Below, piece by piece: positions 51,673 through 62,702 of a stretch of DNA of 64,000 nucleotides (position 1 is its first letter; every line of letters starts with the position of its first letter). The translations under genes were made by a program, and so were the position numbers. The notes below the pieces were generated by a model that had not been told where the DNA came from, ran no database searches, and saw only the letters and a list, made by a program, of their open reading frames with translations. Source of the DNA: Schizochytrium sp. TIO01 (taxonomy: Eukaryota; Protista; Bigyra: Labyrinthulomycetes); NCBI GenBank assembly GCA_004764695.1, contig SMSO01000034.1:2542001-2606000 (forward strand), in the 5' to 3' direction.

Positions 51673-54600
51673 ATGATGGGTTGCGGAAAAAAGATGGCGG
51701 CGCTCTTGCAAGGCTTGGGACTCGCTATGCTCATGACATGCAGCACAGCGCAGTCGCTTCGTTACGAAAAACTCTCTATTGATACCGATAAGTATATCAC
51801 CATCAGCGGCACGGTAGGCTTTTTATTCGATGGCGATGAAACTCTCTGCGGTGAAAGTGGTGTTGAAGTTGTAGCATACAACTCTAGTACGGGAATTGAA
51901 GTTGCACGTACGAGTACTGACTCGAGCGGCACATATGCGCTTTCAGGTATCTCAGTGGATTCCTACTTATATCTAGAGTTGTCATTCAGCCAACACACAT
52001 TCTCACCAGTGGATGCTGACTACAGTGACCTTTTTGCAAGCCCTGGCCGAAACGTCTCCGAAAGTCTAAGTAACGTGAATATCTACGATACAACAAACAG
52101 TTCCTTCAAATTTGATGCGGTAGCAACTTCGTGCGGGTTTGACATTGGTGACGTAGATGTGGTCTTGACCCCTGGCTCCTGCTCATCAGCTTGGCAACGA
52201 ACCGTAAGGAAAGGTTATTTGGTTGAACTTCCTGCATCAACCTACGATTATACCTTTACTTTCTACAATGAGAGCAACGCTGAAGATTTCTTTCGGTATG
52301 AGTTCGAACAAATGTCTGTTGTGAACTTGACAAATGCAAGTCTTGACTGGACGTTGATATATATGCCTACTCCAGATCTTGAAATTACGGGAGTTGAGGG
52401 GGCTACCCTTGGACCCTCCAACCTATCATCCTGCAGTAATGCTGACTATGTAATACCTAGCAATGGTGAATCCCTCTCAGTCACTGGAACGGCCTCTGTT
52501 TCGTATTACAATGATGACTTGGGTACAGGTGGAAAGTGTGGAATACCTACCACTTTTTTATTGAACCTTGGAATCACCTCCCCTGATACTGTGTTGGCCC
52601 TGGGAGGATCTTTATACGCCAATGGGGGCTCTTCTATGGGTGACACATGCTCCAGCTATTCTTCACAATGCCAATCTAGTGAGACCCGTGTGAGTGTTGG
52701 AGTTGATTCTTATTTTGCACCTCCTGTGGAGTCAGATACCACCTTGGAAGACGTCAGTGGTTTAGTGAGTACAATTGAGGTGATATTAAATGGTACTTCG
52801 ACATCCATATTTAGCCTGACTGCACGTGCTAGCATAAGTGTGCTTCAAACAGGACCTGCGCTCACCTACTTGGACGGCTCTGTCTTTCTTTATACAGCTC
52901 AATGGATGCAACCTCTCCTGTATTTATATGCCCCGCCTGCTGCAAGTGGTGTATCGTTTGCTTCCACAGCTTTTCAGGTCCCAGCAACAATCACTAGTGA
53001 GCTAAATGCTGAAATGGTTAATGACACAGTCGGTACGTCGATTGAGTCAGTGTCATTTACTCATTTTTATGAAGTTTTTGAACTGAATTCTGGATATGAC
53101 TACAGTGATACGGAAGCCAGCATCACTCAGTGGGTAGAAGCAAATGCGACAAGTGAGAGCGGTGATCTTGGAATTTTTACTACTTATCCGATTCACATTT
53201 TTCAATACACTCAGGTTACCTATGACATTGATTCGTGCACTGCTTCGACCTCTAGCCCAGTTGGCATATGGCACAATTCGGGATACTTAGTTAATACAAC
53301 TGTAATGACAAGAAAGGAGTGTGAGGATAAGCTAAATTCTCAGATAGCCATCATACAAACGGCCACGAACGAGACTACTTTAAATGCTGCTAAACTGATG
53401 CGAGATCAGCTTCTAAACATTCTCAGGGACTGGGACCAGGACAAACTTGATTCCTACGGCTATCCAGTTGATGTTTCTGCCCTTGTTAGCGCGAACACTG
53501 TTCCTAGTGAATCTTCTGAAATTGTCATTGATTCGAGTCTAAGTTTTCAGGACTCTGCAACCACGCCCACTACTGCGTCTCCAATGACAATGCTCTACAG
53601 CCAAGACAGGTCATCATCACCATATGTAAAACTTCTTTCAACTGATAGTGCTACAGACTCTGTAACGTTGCAGTTTGTTGAGAATGATAGCAATGATGCA
53701 GACTCCTACGTAGCGGCTTACTCACTTAAAACGCAAATTCTCATGACTGACTCTTCTGGAGACCCAGTAACAATCGCAGTAGATACGTACATTAGCTTTG
53801 AACAAGATGATGAAACTGGTGATTCGCTCTGCTTGATGACTTATCGCTCACCTCGCTCAGGCACACTACGCTACGATGTTTGCGGAGGCCAAACACAGTG
53901 CTCATCATCGTTGGATGCAACAACGCGCGAAAGCTTCGTTCTTCAAAAGCTTACTACTCCAAACTCTGTCTTAAGTTCGGATGCGGGGACTTTAATGTTT
54001 GCCATTGATACTACTGCAATGAATTCTAGCGAAACACTTGATGTAACTGTTGGACTAGATCTTTCCACGGACTCATCAGGACTTATATCTTTCACCCTAA
54101 ATGGAGAAACTTTTAGTGAAGATAACACGGTCAGCTTAGAGATTCCTGGAGGAAGTGAACAAACCGTAGTTGTAACCTACACCCGTGGGGACACTGATTT
54201 GCTTTCCACTTCTGGTTTGATCTCAGTGACATCAACTTGCTCAGGCGGCACATCCCAAACCCTTCCATTCACTCTCAATTGGGTTTCTTCTTGCCCTTCA
54301 ATTGCATGGAGTGGTGATCTCTCAGAATTCGGATCCACATGGACGCTGACTTCGCAGTTGCCAACCCTTACTCTCGATTATACCCTTGGCTCAGAAGACG
54401 CCTCTTCCACAACTAGCCTGTGGGCTGCTCTGTACGATGGTGAAGGCGTCGCTGGGGAGTGGTTCGAAATAAGTACGTCCCTCGAAACGTCGTCATCATT
54501 GACCATTGATGCATATTCCACAAATCTCGAAAGCCCTAAACGCTATCTCTTTGAGCTTCGTGTCACATGCAGTGATGGCAGTGAGACCAGATCTACTCGT

Positions 54601-55389
54601 CGCCTCGGCATCTTTGATGATACTGGTCCAGAGATGATCAGCTGGGGCCAAGCATTGTCTATTTCTGCCTCCGACGTGGTGCCAATCGCAGTGTTTCGAT
54701 TTGATGAGCCGATTGACTGCACTGCGATTGAGCTCGCTGCCTCAATGACGAACTCCGAAGGACTGATTGCCGATATAGTGAACGTTTCGTGTTCTTCTTC
54801 GCTTATGGATCTGACAGTCATGCTTTCACTCGACGACACAGTAGACGCAAGTCAATGGCAGGATCAGCTTGTTACAATCACTCTAGAAGGTATTCAGGAC
54901 CTATATGGTAACGCATACACTGCTTCTGAGGCATGGTTTCGTCGTCGAATTCTTAGCTCGGAAGGTATTTCTGTAGATATCCAGAGCCTACCTTGGAGCA
55001 CCTCGAGTTCTTCGATCCGCTATCTTCCAACCGCAAGTGCGGTGAGTGAAATGGTTGCGAAGGCCAAGGCTAACGTTCTTCAAGGAGCATCGGCTGTGAC
55101 ATCGGCATACTATATCAGTTCTTCGGATGGTGATGGAGACGGCTCTGGCTCTTCCTCCGGGCTCTCGAAGAATAACAAAATCATCATTGGCGTCGTCATC
55201 GGCGTCCTTGCCGTTGCCGCGGTGCTCGGTGCGGCGTTCTTTTTAATGCGTCGCCGCGCGAATTCTACTGAGCCAGAGGACCGCATTGCAAATCAGGTCA
55301 ACAGGGACGAATCAGACACTGGCCGTCTTCACATCAAGTCTCTCAACCCATCTTTCCACCATGGAAAGGCCAATAATGATGAGCCCTAA
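51673..55389 (+). CDS. Large type I surface protein, paralog of the C-terminal two-thirds of the 2083-aa protein
   Basis: Shared motifs LYLYAPP, VCGGxTxC, FRFDEPxDCxAxELAAS, GxQDLxGN; signal peptide and C-terminal TM. Confidence 0.87.
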   Translation: MMGCGKKMAALLQGLGLAMLMTCSTAQSLRYEKLSIDTDKYITISGTVGFLFDGDETLCGESGVEVVAYNSSTGIEVARTSTDSSGTYALSGISVDSYLYLELSFSQHTFSPVDADYSDLFASPGRNVSESLSNVNIYDTTNSSFKFDAVATSCGFDIGDVDVVLTPGSCSSAWQRTVRKGYLVELPASTYDYTFTFYNESNAEDFFRYEFEQMSVVNLTNASLDWTLIYMPTPDLEITGVEGATLGPSNLSSCSNADYVIPSNGESLSVTGTASVSYYNDDLGTGGKCGIPTTFLLNLGITSPDTVLALGGSLYANGGSSMGDTCSSYSSQCQSSETRVSVGVDSYFAPPVESDTTLEDVSGLVSTIEVILNGTSTSIFSLTARASISVLQTGPALTYLDGSVFLYTAQWMQPLLYLYAPPAASGVSFASTAFQVPATITSELNAEMVNDTVGTSIESVSFTHFYEVFELNSGYDYSDTEASITQWVEANATSESGDLGIFTTYPIHIFQYTQVTYDIDSCTASTSSPVGIWHNSGYLVNTTVMTRKECEDKLNSQIAIIQTATNETTLNAAKLMRDQLLNILRDWDQDKLDSYGYPVDVSALVSANTVPSESSEIVIDSSLSFQDSATTPTTASPMTMLYSQDRSSSPYVKLLSTDSATDSVTLQFVENDSNDADSYVAAYSLKTQILMTDSSGDPVTIAVDTYISFEQDDETGDSLCLMTYRSPRSGTLRYDVCGGQTQCSSSLDATTRESFVLQKLTTPNSVLSSDAGTLMFAIDTTAMNSSETLDVTVGLDLSTDSSGLISFTLNGETFSEDNTVSLEIPGGSEQTVVVTYTRGDTDLLSTSGLISVTSTCSGGTSQTLPFTLNWVSSCPSIAWSGDLSEFGSTWTLTSQLPTLTLDYTLGSEDASSTTSLWAALYDGEGVAGEWFEISTSLETSSSLTIDAYSTNLESPKRYLFELRVTCSDGSETRSTRRLGIFDDTGPEMISWGQALSISASDVVPIAVFRFDEPIDCTAIELAASMTNSEGLIADIVNVSCSSSLMDLTVMLSLDDTVDASQWQDQLVTITLEGIQDLYGNAYTASEAWFRRRILSSEGISVDIQSLPWSTSSSSIRYLPTASAVSEMVAKAKANVLQGASAVTSAYYISSSDGDGDGSGSSSGLSKNNKIIIGVVIGVLAVAAVLGAAFFLMRRRANSTEPEDRIANQVNRDESDTGRLHIKSLNPSFHHGKANNDEP

Positions 55390-55472
55390 TTTAACTTTGT
55401 TGCATGAAAATATGTTATAGAAAAAATAAATCTTCGGTCTTGCAATGCTGATTCTGTTGTTTGTCTGCAATC

Positions 55473-56483
55473 CTACACGTCTTCTGCCTTGGCCTGTTGA
55501 GGGTTCTCTTCCGTTGTAGGCGGCTGTGTTGGCTCACTCTGTGTAATTACGATGGTGTCCCCACTTGAGCCAAGGTTGCCCTTGGGGACGCAAAATGTTA
55601 TTATAAAAGGCAATCCTAAAGCGAGAATCAAAAGCAAAGCTGCGCCTGCTTCCACGTGCCTACTTGAAATGAAAAGTTTTGTCGCAAAAATCCAAAGGAG
55701 GAAAGCGACGAAACAAAGAATCCAACCAAGAACAAAGATCAAACCGCGACATAGAACTGATCGTGTACCCCATATAGATAAGAGAAGGGTCACTGTAAAC
55801 ATGAAGATCGCCGTGTAAAGCGTAGGTCGCAATGCGTCAATCAAGGCACATTCTTGGGGTCCAGGAATGCTGATTCCAAGGTTCTGAAAGAGCTCAATCG
55901 TTGCCTGCCTAGTAGCGGAATTCCTTATAGTGCCACAGTATACGTTCCAGGTCACAGACTGGCCCGTATATGGAATGGTGCCAAATCCAAAATCTCCAGA
56001 AACGTCGATTTTCAGCCTCTGTATATTCGCCGAAAATTCAAGGGACAGTAAACTGTATGAGAAGGTCTCGTCGTACATTTCGATGACTCCAGACACGATA
56101 AGGCATAAAAACACAAGATAAATGGTACTTCTTAAGAACGCTCGAGGGTCTAGTTGGCCCTGTCCTCTGGAACTGTTTGCTTTGTAAATTTGCAGTAAAT
56201 TAAAACCTCGGTGGTCTGCTGAGCTATTGCCATCACCAGATGGAAAAGCCTGCTGAGCAACTAGTACTTGGTCTTTTTCAGAAGATTTGCATTGTCTCAC
56301 ACACAGCCAAATACCCCCTATGCAGATACCAAGAAGGCCAAAACCGATCAAAATCCAAACAAAGATCCATGCTCCAAAAGACATGCACGTATTACTATAC
56401 GCGATAAATCTATAGCAATACTCATCGTCTTCGATATATGTAGATGTTATAACGTCGCTTAATACACGCTGTGTAAGCATCAT
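55473..56483 (-). CDS. Multi-pass membrane protein (TM plus claudin/amastin-like 4TM region)
   Basis: 336 aa; paralogous to 57159-58317 (DPR...RS, GxSxTW..YC, IPG..xC). Confidence 0.75.
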   Translation of the reverse strand: MMLTQRVLSDVITSTYIEDDEYCYRFIAYSNTCMSFGAWIFVWILIGFGLLGICIGGIWLCVRQCKSSEKDQVLVAQQAFPSGDGNSSADHRGFNLLQIYKANSSRGQGQLDPRAFLRSTIYLVFLCLIVSGVIEMYDETFSYSLLSLEFSANIQRLKIDVSGDFGFGTIPYTGQSVTWNVYCGTIRNSATRQATIELFQNLGISIPGPQECALIDALRPTLYTAIFMFTVTLLLSIWGTRSVLCRGLIFVLGWILCFVAFLLWIFATKLFISSRHVEAGAALLLILALGLPFIITFCVPKGNLGSSGDTIVITQSEPTQPPTTEENPQQAKAEDV

Positions 56484-57158
56484 GCCAGTTGCTCTTCTTT
56501 CCCAGAGCCAGATAGTTACCTTTGAGGATCAGGGTTTGCTGACTGGCCAATCCATGTTCGAGGAGATCTTCATGCAAGCAAGACTGACTGACAGGGGAGG
56601 TTGGGTGGGAGTGGGTCATGTCTTCCTTTGATACAGTACTTGGAACCTAACCAAGCTTGCCTAATAGAATCCTACTAGAGGATTTGGCCAAGTACACACA
56701 TTTTGTCTCTTCTTTCTTCCTGTCCTCGCAATCCATTTTTTTAAATAGTTATTGAAAATCAAGAGCGTCGCCGCTTCCTACCAGTGGCGCGCGAAGTGGA
56801 TGAATATTGTTCAGGAAAACCTGGGCACGCAATAGATATACTCGGACATCACGGCAGCACCAAAGTCAAGCTGGAGGTACCGAACCGACGTCGCATCAAT
56901 TTTCCATGAATCTCTTGTTTCCTAACAGGGAGACCTCTTGTCAGCAAATCGAAGAAAGCGAAACTTCATAACTTAATGCGCACGTGCACACTTCTTACAG
57001 TCAGTGGTGATGGGAAAGAATCAAACAAAAGTTGTACTAGTACTAGATAGTGCTTCCTCAAGAAGTAAGGTATAGAGCACCCCTTGGTAGTGCAAAACAG
57101 AAACAGATTGGATATTTTATTAATGATTGGGAGAAAACAAAATGAGACTGATAGGAAC

Positions 57159-58317
57159 TTAGACGTTCTCAGTCTTAGCCATCTGGGGCTGTTCTGTGGC
57201 TGTGGCTGGCTGCTGAGGGGACTGCTGATTGATGATAATTGTTGTGATTCTGGATTGCTTGCGGTCCCGATCAGGGATGCAGCACGTGAGGATGAAGGGA
57301 ACTCCCACTGCAATTGCCAGAAGAATTCCAAGACCGGCCTGCATGCTATCGGTAGAGAAAGAAGCAGGCCCGATGGCGTAGTTCCAGAGAACTAAAGCCA
57401 CGATGCTGAAGACCCAGCCGAGGAAGAAGAAGAAGCCGCGAGAGCAGATAGAGAGAACACCCCACAACGAGAAGACAAAGCCCAACGCGAACATGCTAAG
57501 AGCAGTGTAAATCATGGCATTCATTGTCTTAATCTGATCGCATTGGTGTAGCCCAGGAATAAGGATACCAGCTTGACGCATTGCCTCTATAACGACATCA
57601 TACTTTGCAATGCCTTCGCAATAGTCGTCCCAGGTAATCGAATAACCTACTAGTGGAAAGCTTCCAAACGTCGAAGTACCTGAAAGCTCGATCTGCAACT
57701 CTTGGGTGCTAGCAGAGACTTCAACCTCCAAAGCCAAATACTGGTAAGTGATGACACTCATCTCAACAGCAGCAGAGGCAATTAAAGCAAGACATACAAT
57801 GAACAAAGAGCTCCGTGTAAGACCGCGAGGATCGGGCTTAAACGACATCAGACCCTCTTTGGAATATACACCTTGGTATACTTGCGTTACGCTAAATGGC
57901 TGATGAGTAGCTTGGCCATCCTCAGCAACAGTTGCTACGGCGAGAGCTTCATTCTTTTTTTTGATTTTGAATTGCGCGTACACAGCAAAAGATCAGGCAG
58001 CCTAATACCAGAAGAACTATCACACCAATGCCGCAGTAAATGCCATAGAAAGCAGCTTTAGAAAAGCATGTCGTTGATTCTCTAGTGAGTACATAACATT
58101 CTGGGGCAGAATATGTGCTCGAATATGTGCTCGGTGCTGACGTAGTTATCGTAGTACCTGAAGTGCCTGAAGTACAAGTGCATGACTGATAAGTTGAAGT
58201 ACAGATGGAAGACACAATTTCGTCAGCGGAACCACAAACATCAACGCAACATTGTGCTGTACCAAAGCCCCAAAGACTGGCAAGAATTGCAATAGCAAGT
58301 ATAAGCTGGCAATGCAT
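57159..58317 (-). CDS. Multi-pass membrane protein with signal peptide and Cys-rich ectodomain, split by a 1-nt shift in an A8 run near 57955-57962
   Basis: ORFs 57949-58317 and 57159-57983 join if one A is removed; the adjacent paralog is continuous across the equivalent region. Confidence 0.75.
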
Positions 58318-59519
58318 GTTTTTTAATTACCTAGGCTTTCAAATTCCGAGTTAAGGTTTTGCTGACAAGGTTTTGCTCGCATTGTGCATCTTCTAATGGA
58401 AATACTACTTCAAACCTCCCTTCGTACCTAGAAGACAGTAGCTCGCGCGTGCACCAATCAAGCAGACTGAATAAGTTTTCGCGAAACCACCAAGGTTGAG
58501 CTTAGCAGCAGCATTACTAGAGGTTGGAGTAGTAGATACTCTAAATTCTAAAATCTTATTCATCTTTGGTAGTTTGTAGTTTGGACTCCTCGAAACGACC
58601 AGGTACTTCTAGCTTTATATGATACTCAGAAAACTTCATGAATGAGACTAAATGTTAAGGATGGCTAAATTGCGTACCTCAGGACGTGTCCGTATCACTG
58701 AATATTTGCACACGTGATGAAAATGACTGCACTCGCAAGATCTTTCATTCATTCATTCATTCATTCGACCAAGCTGGGTAGGTATCTGTTTAGATTAATT
58801 TAGTCATACTTAATGTAGGCCTGCAAAGGTGGGTAGCACACATTTCCATCTTTCCCTATTATCTGAAGTCTCTGACCAATCTACCTCCGAACATTCCTCA
58901 ACAATTCTGAATCTACTTTCATTATCTCTAGGGGAGCCAGATTTCTCAATGCAGCTCGTGCTAAGGTTGTTTTTGGCTTGTCTGGCCTCAAGCATACTCT
59001 CATTCAAAAATTTGAAGGTATATTTACAGTCTGAATTCTATGCGCTCTGTGTTTTAAAAAGAACTTTCAAGGGCCCTGCATTTTGAGTGGTCGCGCTAGC
59101 GCCAGCCACGATTTTGAAAGCTTCTGTTACTTTCCTCCAATCACCGTTTAACTAAAAAATTAGTAATAGCTACTAGCAATTGGGGTAGGTAAGCAAGTAA
59201 CAGGTACTTCGTGACTTCCAAAAATCCGTGCACACATTATCAATCAACTGTGACTGGATGGCGCGTTACGATCTTGTACATGTGCAGAGAAAAGTGGATC
59301 ATCGAGATGAAACTACTATCCTAAGAATGTTAGACTCAGACGTCTGAAGTCAAATCGCAGACGAGTATTAGATTTAGTCGCGCCTACCTTTCTCCGCATT
59401 GGACAAGGGGCCTGGAAGCCGGCCTGGTCTGCGTGTCCGTAAAGTGCTTGGTTAAAAGTAAAGTTGCAGTTCTTTTCGCATGACAATGGGAAGAAGTTAG
59501 AGGTTCCTCCCTAAAGAGC

Positions 59520-62500
59520 TCATCCGGGCTGGAAAGACTCGCGCCTGGCGATAACCCCGCCGACCTCGCGAGCTGAGACAGAGGCGGATCGCTTGCTGCG
59601 CTTTTCTGCCTTTTCAGCCTTGGTGAGGTATAAAATAGACGTCTCCGAGGTGCCGTACACGCAAAAGTACATTTTTGGGCCGAAAATAAATCCCAAAGTA
59701 GACAAATCGTTGAGGAAAATTGCCAAGGAACGTAGAAACAAATAGTTTTCAGAGCTGGAGGAGGTAAGGGTGATAAGAGGAATAGCCACCAAGAGGACTT
59801 GAAGATTGCATAGCATCGCAAAGCTGAGGTATTTCGTTTCAGCGAAAAGTCCGCTCACACGGCGGCACACGTAACTCAAATAAGCACCGTAGAGCAATAG
59901 GATAAGATGGTAGCCTGCAAGTAATCCCACGAAGGTCACTGCAGAGTCGCTCTTGCAGTAGCCGTCATATGGATTGTCTTCGGGACGAACAAATACCACT
60001 GGACTGACCACGGCCCATAAAAGGAGCAGAAATACCTCTACAGAGAGTAGTCCAATTAGATAGGAGATCGTCACACGTGTTGAGATTCCGGTTGGAGCTT
60101 TGCTTGCGATGACACTGTGAAAAACCTTGCTAACGCGCTGGAGCTTTACAATCATTGCACAGTAGGTTAGTGTAAACCCCACTCCATATAGCCACGGTTG
60201 CACTTTGCACGCGGCATCGGCAGAGCTATTTCCACCTGAAGCATTCGCTGGAATACCTTGAGCATCGTCGTTGGCCATAGCAAAAAGTGTTGAAGAAGAA
60301 ATAATTGCACCGAGAGCAACAATCATAAGCAAAAGCGGTTGTGCGGCTTTAATGACAACGTCCTTCCGAAGATAAAAAACCCAGCCCATGCAAATAGTAC
60401 CTACCAAAACATTTACAGCACCTAGAAAGCGTGCAATAATCTTGTAAGTATGCATTCCAGTTTTGTCTGCATCAAGACTGCAACTCATTTCGTACACGAC
60501 AGTGGGTGTTGATTGGCAAGTTTGGTTATCAGACGCCTTACTATACGACACAGCATAGTAAAACTCGCAAGAACACATCGCATGTTGATCTCCAACCCCA
60601 GGCACACAGTATGCGTTAGAAGGACAATCATCATCACCTGCACAAACTGGCGGGGCCTCGATCTCATGAAACATAGACATAACATAATAGGTTTCTTCGA
60701 TACCAGAACTTGAGAGTTTTTGCAACGCGAGAACAAAAATATTCCGTTGTTCTTGGCCGCTTGATGATGCTGCTTCATTCCATGCAATTTGTAAAAATCC
60801 ACCGCCAACTTCGAATGCTGCATCGCGTAAAAGACTATAAAAGTCACTTCCTAATGACGAAACCGCATGGACTTGTTGCACGAATGACATATAATCTTGT
60901 GCGTTAGAGATATTCCATGTTCCAAGATCTGTGTGGTCACCATGAGCGATAAGTTCAAAGTTTCCATTCAGCACAATTGGGTAGAAATCGGGTTTTACAT
61001 AGAGCTCTCCGGCATTTATGTCATCCAAAACGCTCTGTATGTTACTTGCAAGCTGCATTCGTGCCACTACATCCCCAACAATAGCCTTGACGTTTTGCTC
61101 TGCGCAAGGAGCATTATATTGTGCACTACAAGCTTCATCGACAGGGGCTCGGGTGTGATTATAACCTGTAAGAAGGAAGAAATCCATCGAACCTTTTGTG
61201 ACTTTACGTACAATCGCGACATATCCAGCATTGCTACGCGAATTTGAAGAATCAACATTCACAGGCAATAGTACCCAGCCACCGCCCTCATCTGCGATTT
61301 TTCTAATATTCGTAAGCACACTCGTGAGGTCGGTAACATCAATACCGCGTACCGCGAAAGCAGCACTAGATGAGCCCCCAATTGTCGTTGGATCGACACT
61401 ATCGCTCTCGACCAAGTATTCCTCATATGATACCAAGAGGATACCAAAACCACCGTCCATTCGGAAATCTTCTCCATTTGCTAACTTTGCGAAAACGTCG
61501 CTGGTAGCATTGCTGATCAAGAGCTCTACTTCTGCATGTGCGCTTAATGTTGCAACATTACCAATTGCGCATGGCGCATTTGTTGATGCGGAGCATGTAC
61601 TACAAAGTGCACCCTTCACCGAGGGGTCACGAACATGCTGAAAAGCGGAACCCACAAAATACTTGACCCCGAATCGTTCAAATCCGGAAACAAAGGACAC
61701 TGTCATTGGAAATGACACCCCGAGCTGGCCACTGAAATTAAAAGCAACCCAACCTCCTCCCTGGAGAGCGGTGTTAGCAAAGGCTGCTTGATGAGTTGAG
61801 AGCTCGTCACTATCACTCACATTTAGGATTGTGCGCATGAATTCATCATGGGACAGCCCGATCAAACTCCTATAAATTGACGCTAGTACGAGCTCATCAG
61901 AGTGAAGCTCTTCCGCAAAAACGCTCCAATGCCCTTGATACAGAGACGTATCAACTGGATAAGAAATTTCAAGCCAAAGTTCACGAAGTTTTGCAGAAGT
62001 TGTTGCTGCCATGCCTCTACTCAGAGCATTTCCAACAAGGGAACGCACATTCTTAATGCTACATAAGCGATTTACATCTTTGGGGCACAGATCTGTATCA
62101 AATCTTGGAAGACTTCGTTTCGCAAGGGCTGAGAGTACTATAAAACTTTGCCCGGTACCTTCACTTGTAATTTGAGATGCATACCCCCAGTGCGTCACAG
62201 GCTCAAGCGGTCTATCTTCCGAGGTGTAGACAAATGTGAACCAACCGTCGTTTTCATCCTGGGCAACTTCGGCAATACGATCTACAATTAACGACTGATT
62301 AAAGCACACAGTATAATACTTGGCAATGCTCGCCATATTCATTCCATTCAGAGCTATGTCCCGCCCATTTGCGAGAAGCTGGTTTGATGTTGCATCGAAA
62401 ATGTACGGCGAAAATCCAAAGGCACCTTGTGGGTTATTTTCCTGCTCATTTGTTTGGTTTAGAATATTTTGTATAGCGCTTTCATTTGCAGCACTCGTGA

Positions 62501-62702
62501 GTTCCTTACTGAGCTTGTTTACAAGCCGATAGACGAGATCAAAAGAACACTGTGTTGCATAAGCTGCAGTACAGGCAGGGTAGACTGGTGAGCTTCCATC
62601 ATCGAGCAAGCGTACAGGCCGTGCGCCAGTTGCAGGCCATGACAAGGTCCCAAACAGTACCGACAGCACCAATAGCGCGGCAAGTGGAACGACCTTCGAC
62701 AT
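59520..62702 (-). CDS. Class C (GABA-B/GPR158-like) GPCR with four tandem Cache-like extracellular repeats and an EGF-like module
   Basis: Signal peptide; four repeats ending GGGWV/DGWF/GGGFL...; 7TM motifs VIKAAQPLLL, CKVQPWLYGVGFTLTY, KLQRVSKVF, FAETKYL, IFGPK. Confidence 0.88.
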   Translation of the reverse strand: MSKVVPLAALLVLSVLFGTLSWPATGARPVRLLDDGSSPVYPACTAAYATQCSFDLVYRLVNKLSKELTSAANESAIQNILNQTNEQENNPQGAFGFSPYIFDATSNQLLANGRDIALNGMNMASIAKYYTVCFNQSLIVDRIAEVAQDENDGWFTFVYTSEDRPLEPVTHWGYASQITSEGTGQSFIVLSALAKRSLPRFDTDLCPKDVNRLCSIKNVRSLVGNALSRGMAATTSAKLRELWLEISYPVDTSLYQGHWSVFAEELHSDELVLASIYRSLIGLSHDEFMRTILNVSDSDELSTHQAAFANTALQGGGWVAFNFSGQLGVSFPMTVSFVSGFERFGVKYFVGSAFQHVRDPSVKGALCSTCSASTNAPCAIGNVATLSAHAEVELLISNATSDVFAKLANGEDFRMDGGFGILLVSYEEYLVESDSVDPTTIGGSSSAAFAVRGIDVTDLTSVLTNIRKIADEGGGWVLLPVNVDSSNSRSNAGYVAIVRKVTKGSMDFFLLTGYNHTRAPVDEACSAQYNAPCAEQNVKAIVGDVVARMQLASNIQSVLDDINAGELYVKPDFYPIVLNGNFELIAHGDHTDLGTWNISNAQDYMSFVQQVHAVSSLGSDFYSLLRDAAFEVGGGFLQIAWNEAASSSGQEQRNIFVLALQKLSSSGIEETYYVMSMFHEIEAPPVCAGDDDCPSNAYCVPGVGDQHAMCSCEFYYAVSYSKASDNQTCQSTPTVVYEMSCSLDADKTGMHTYKIIARFLGAVNVLVGTICMGWVFYLRKDVVIKAAQPLLLMIVALGAIISSSTLFAMANDDAQGIPANASGGNSSADAACKVQPWLYGVGFTLTYCAMIVKLQRVSKVFHSVIASKAPTGISTRVTISYLIGLLSVEVFLLLLWAVVSPVVFVRPEDNPYDGYCKSDSAVTFVGLLAGYHLILLLYGAYLSYVCRRVSGLFAETKYLSFAMLCNLQVLLVAIPLITLTSSSSENYLFLRSLAIFLNDLSTLGFIFGPKMYFCVYGTSETSILYLTKAEKAEKRSKRSASVSAREVGGVIARRESFQPG

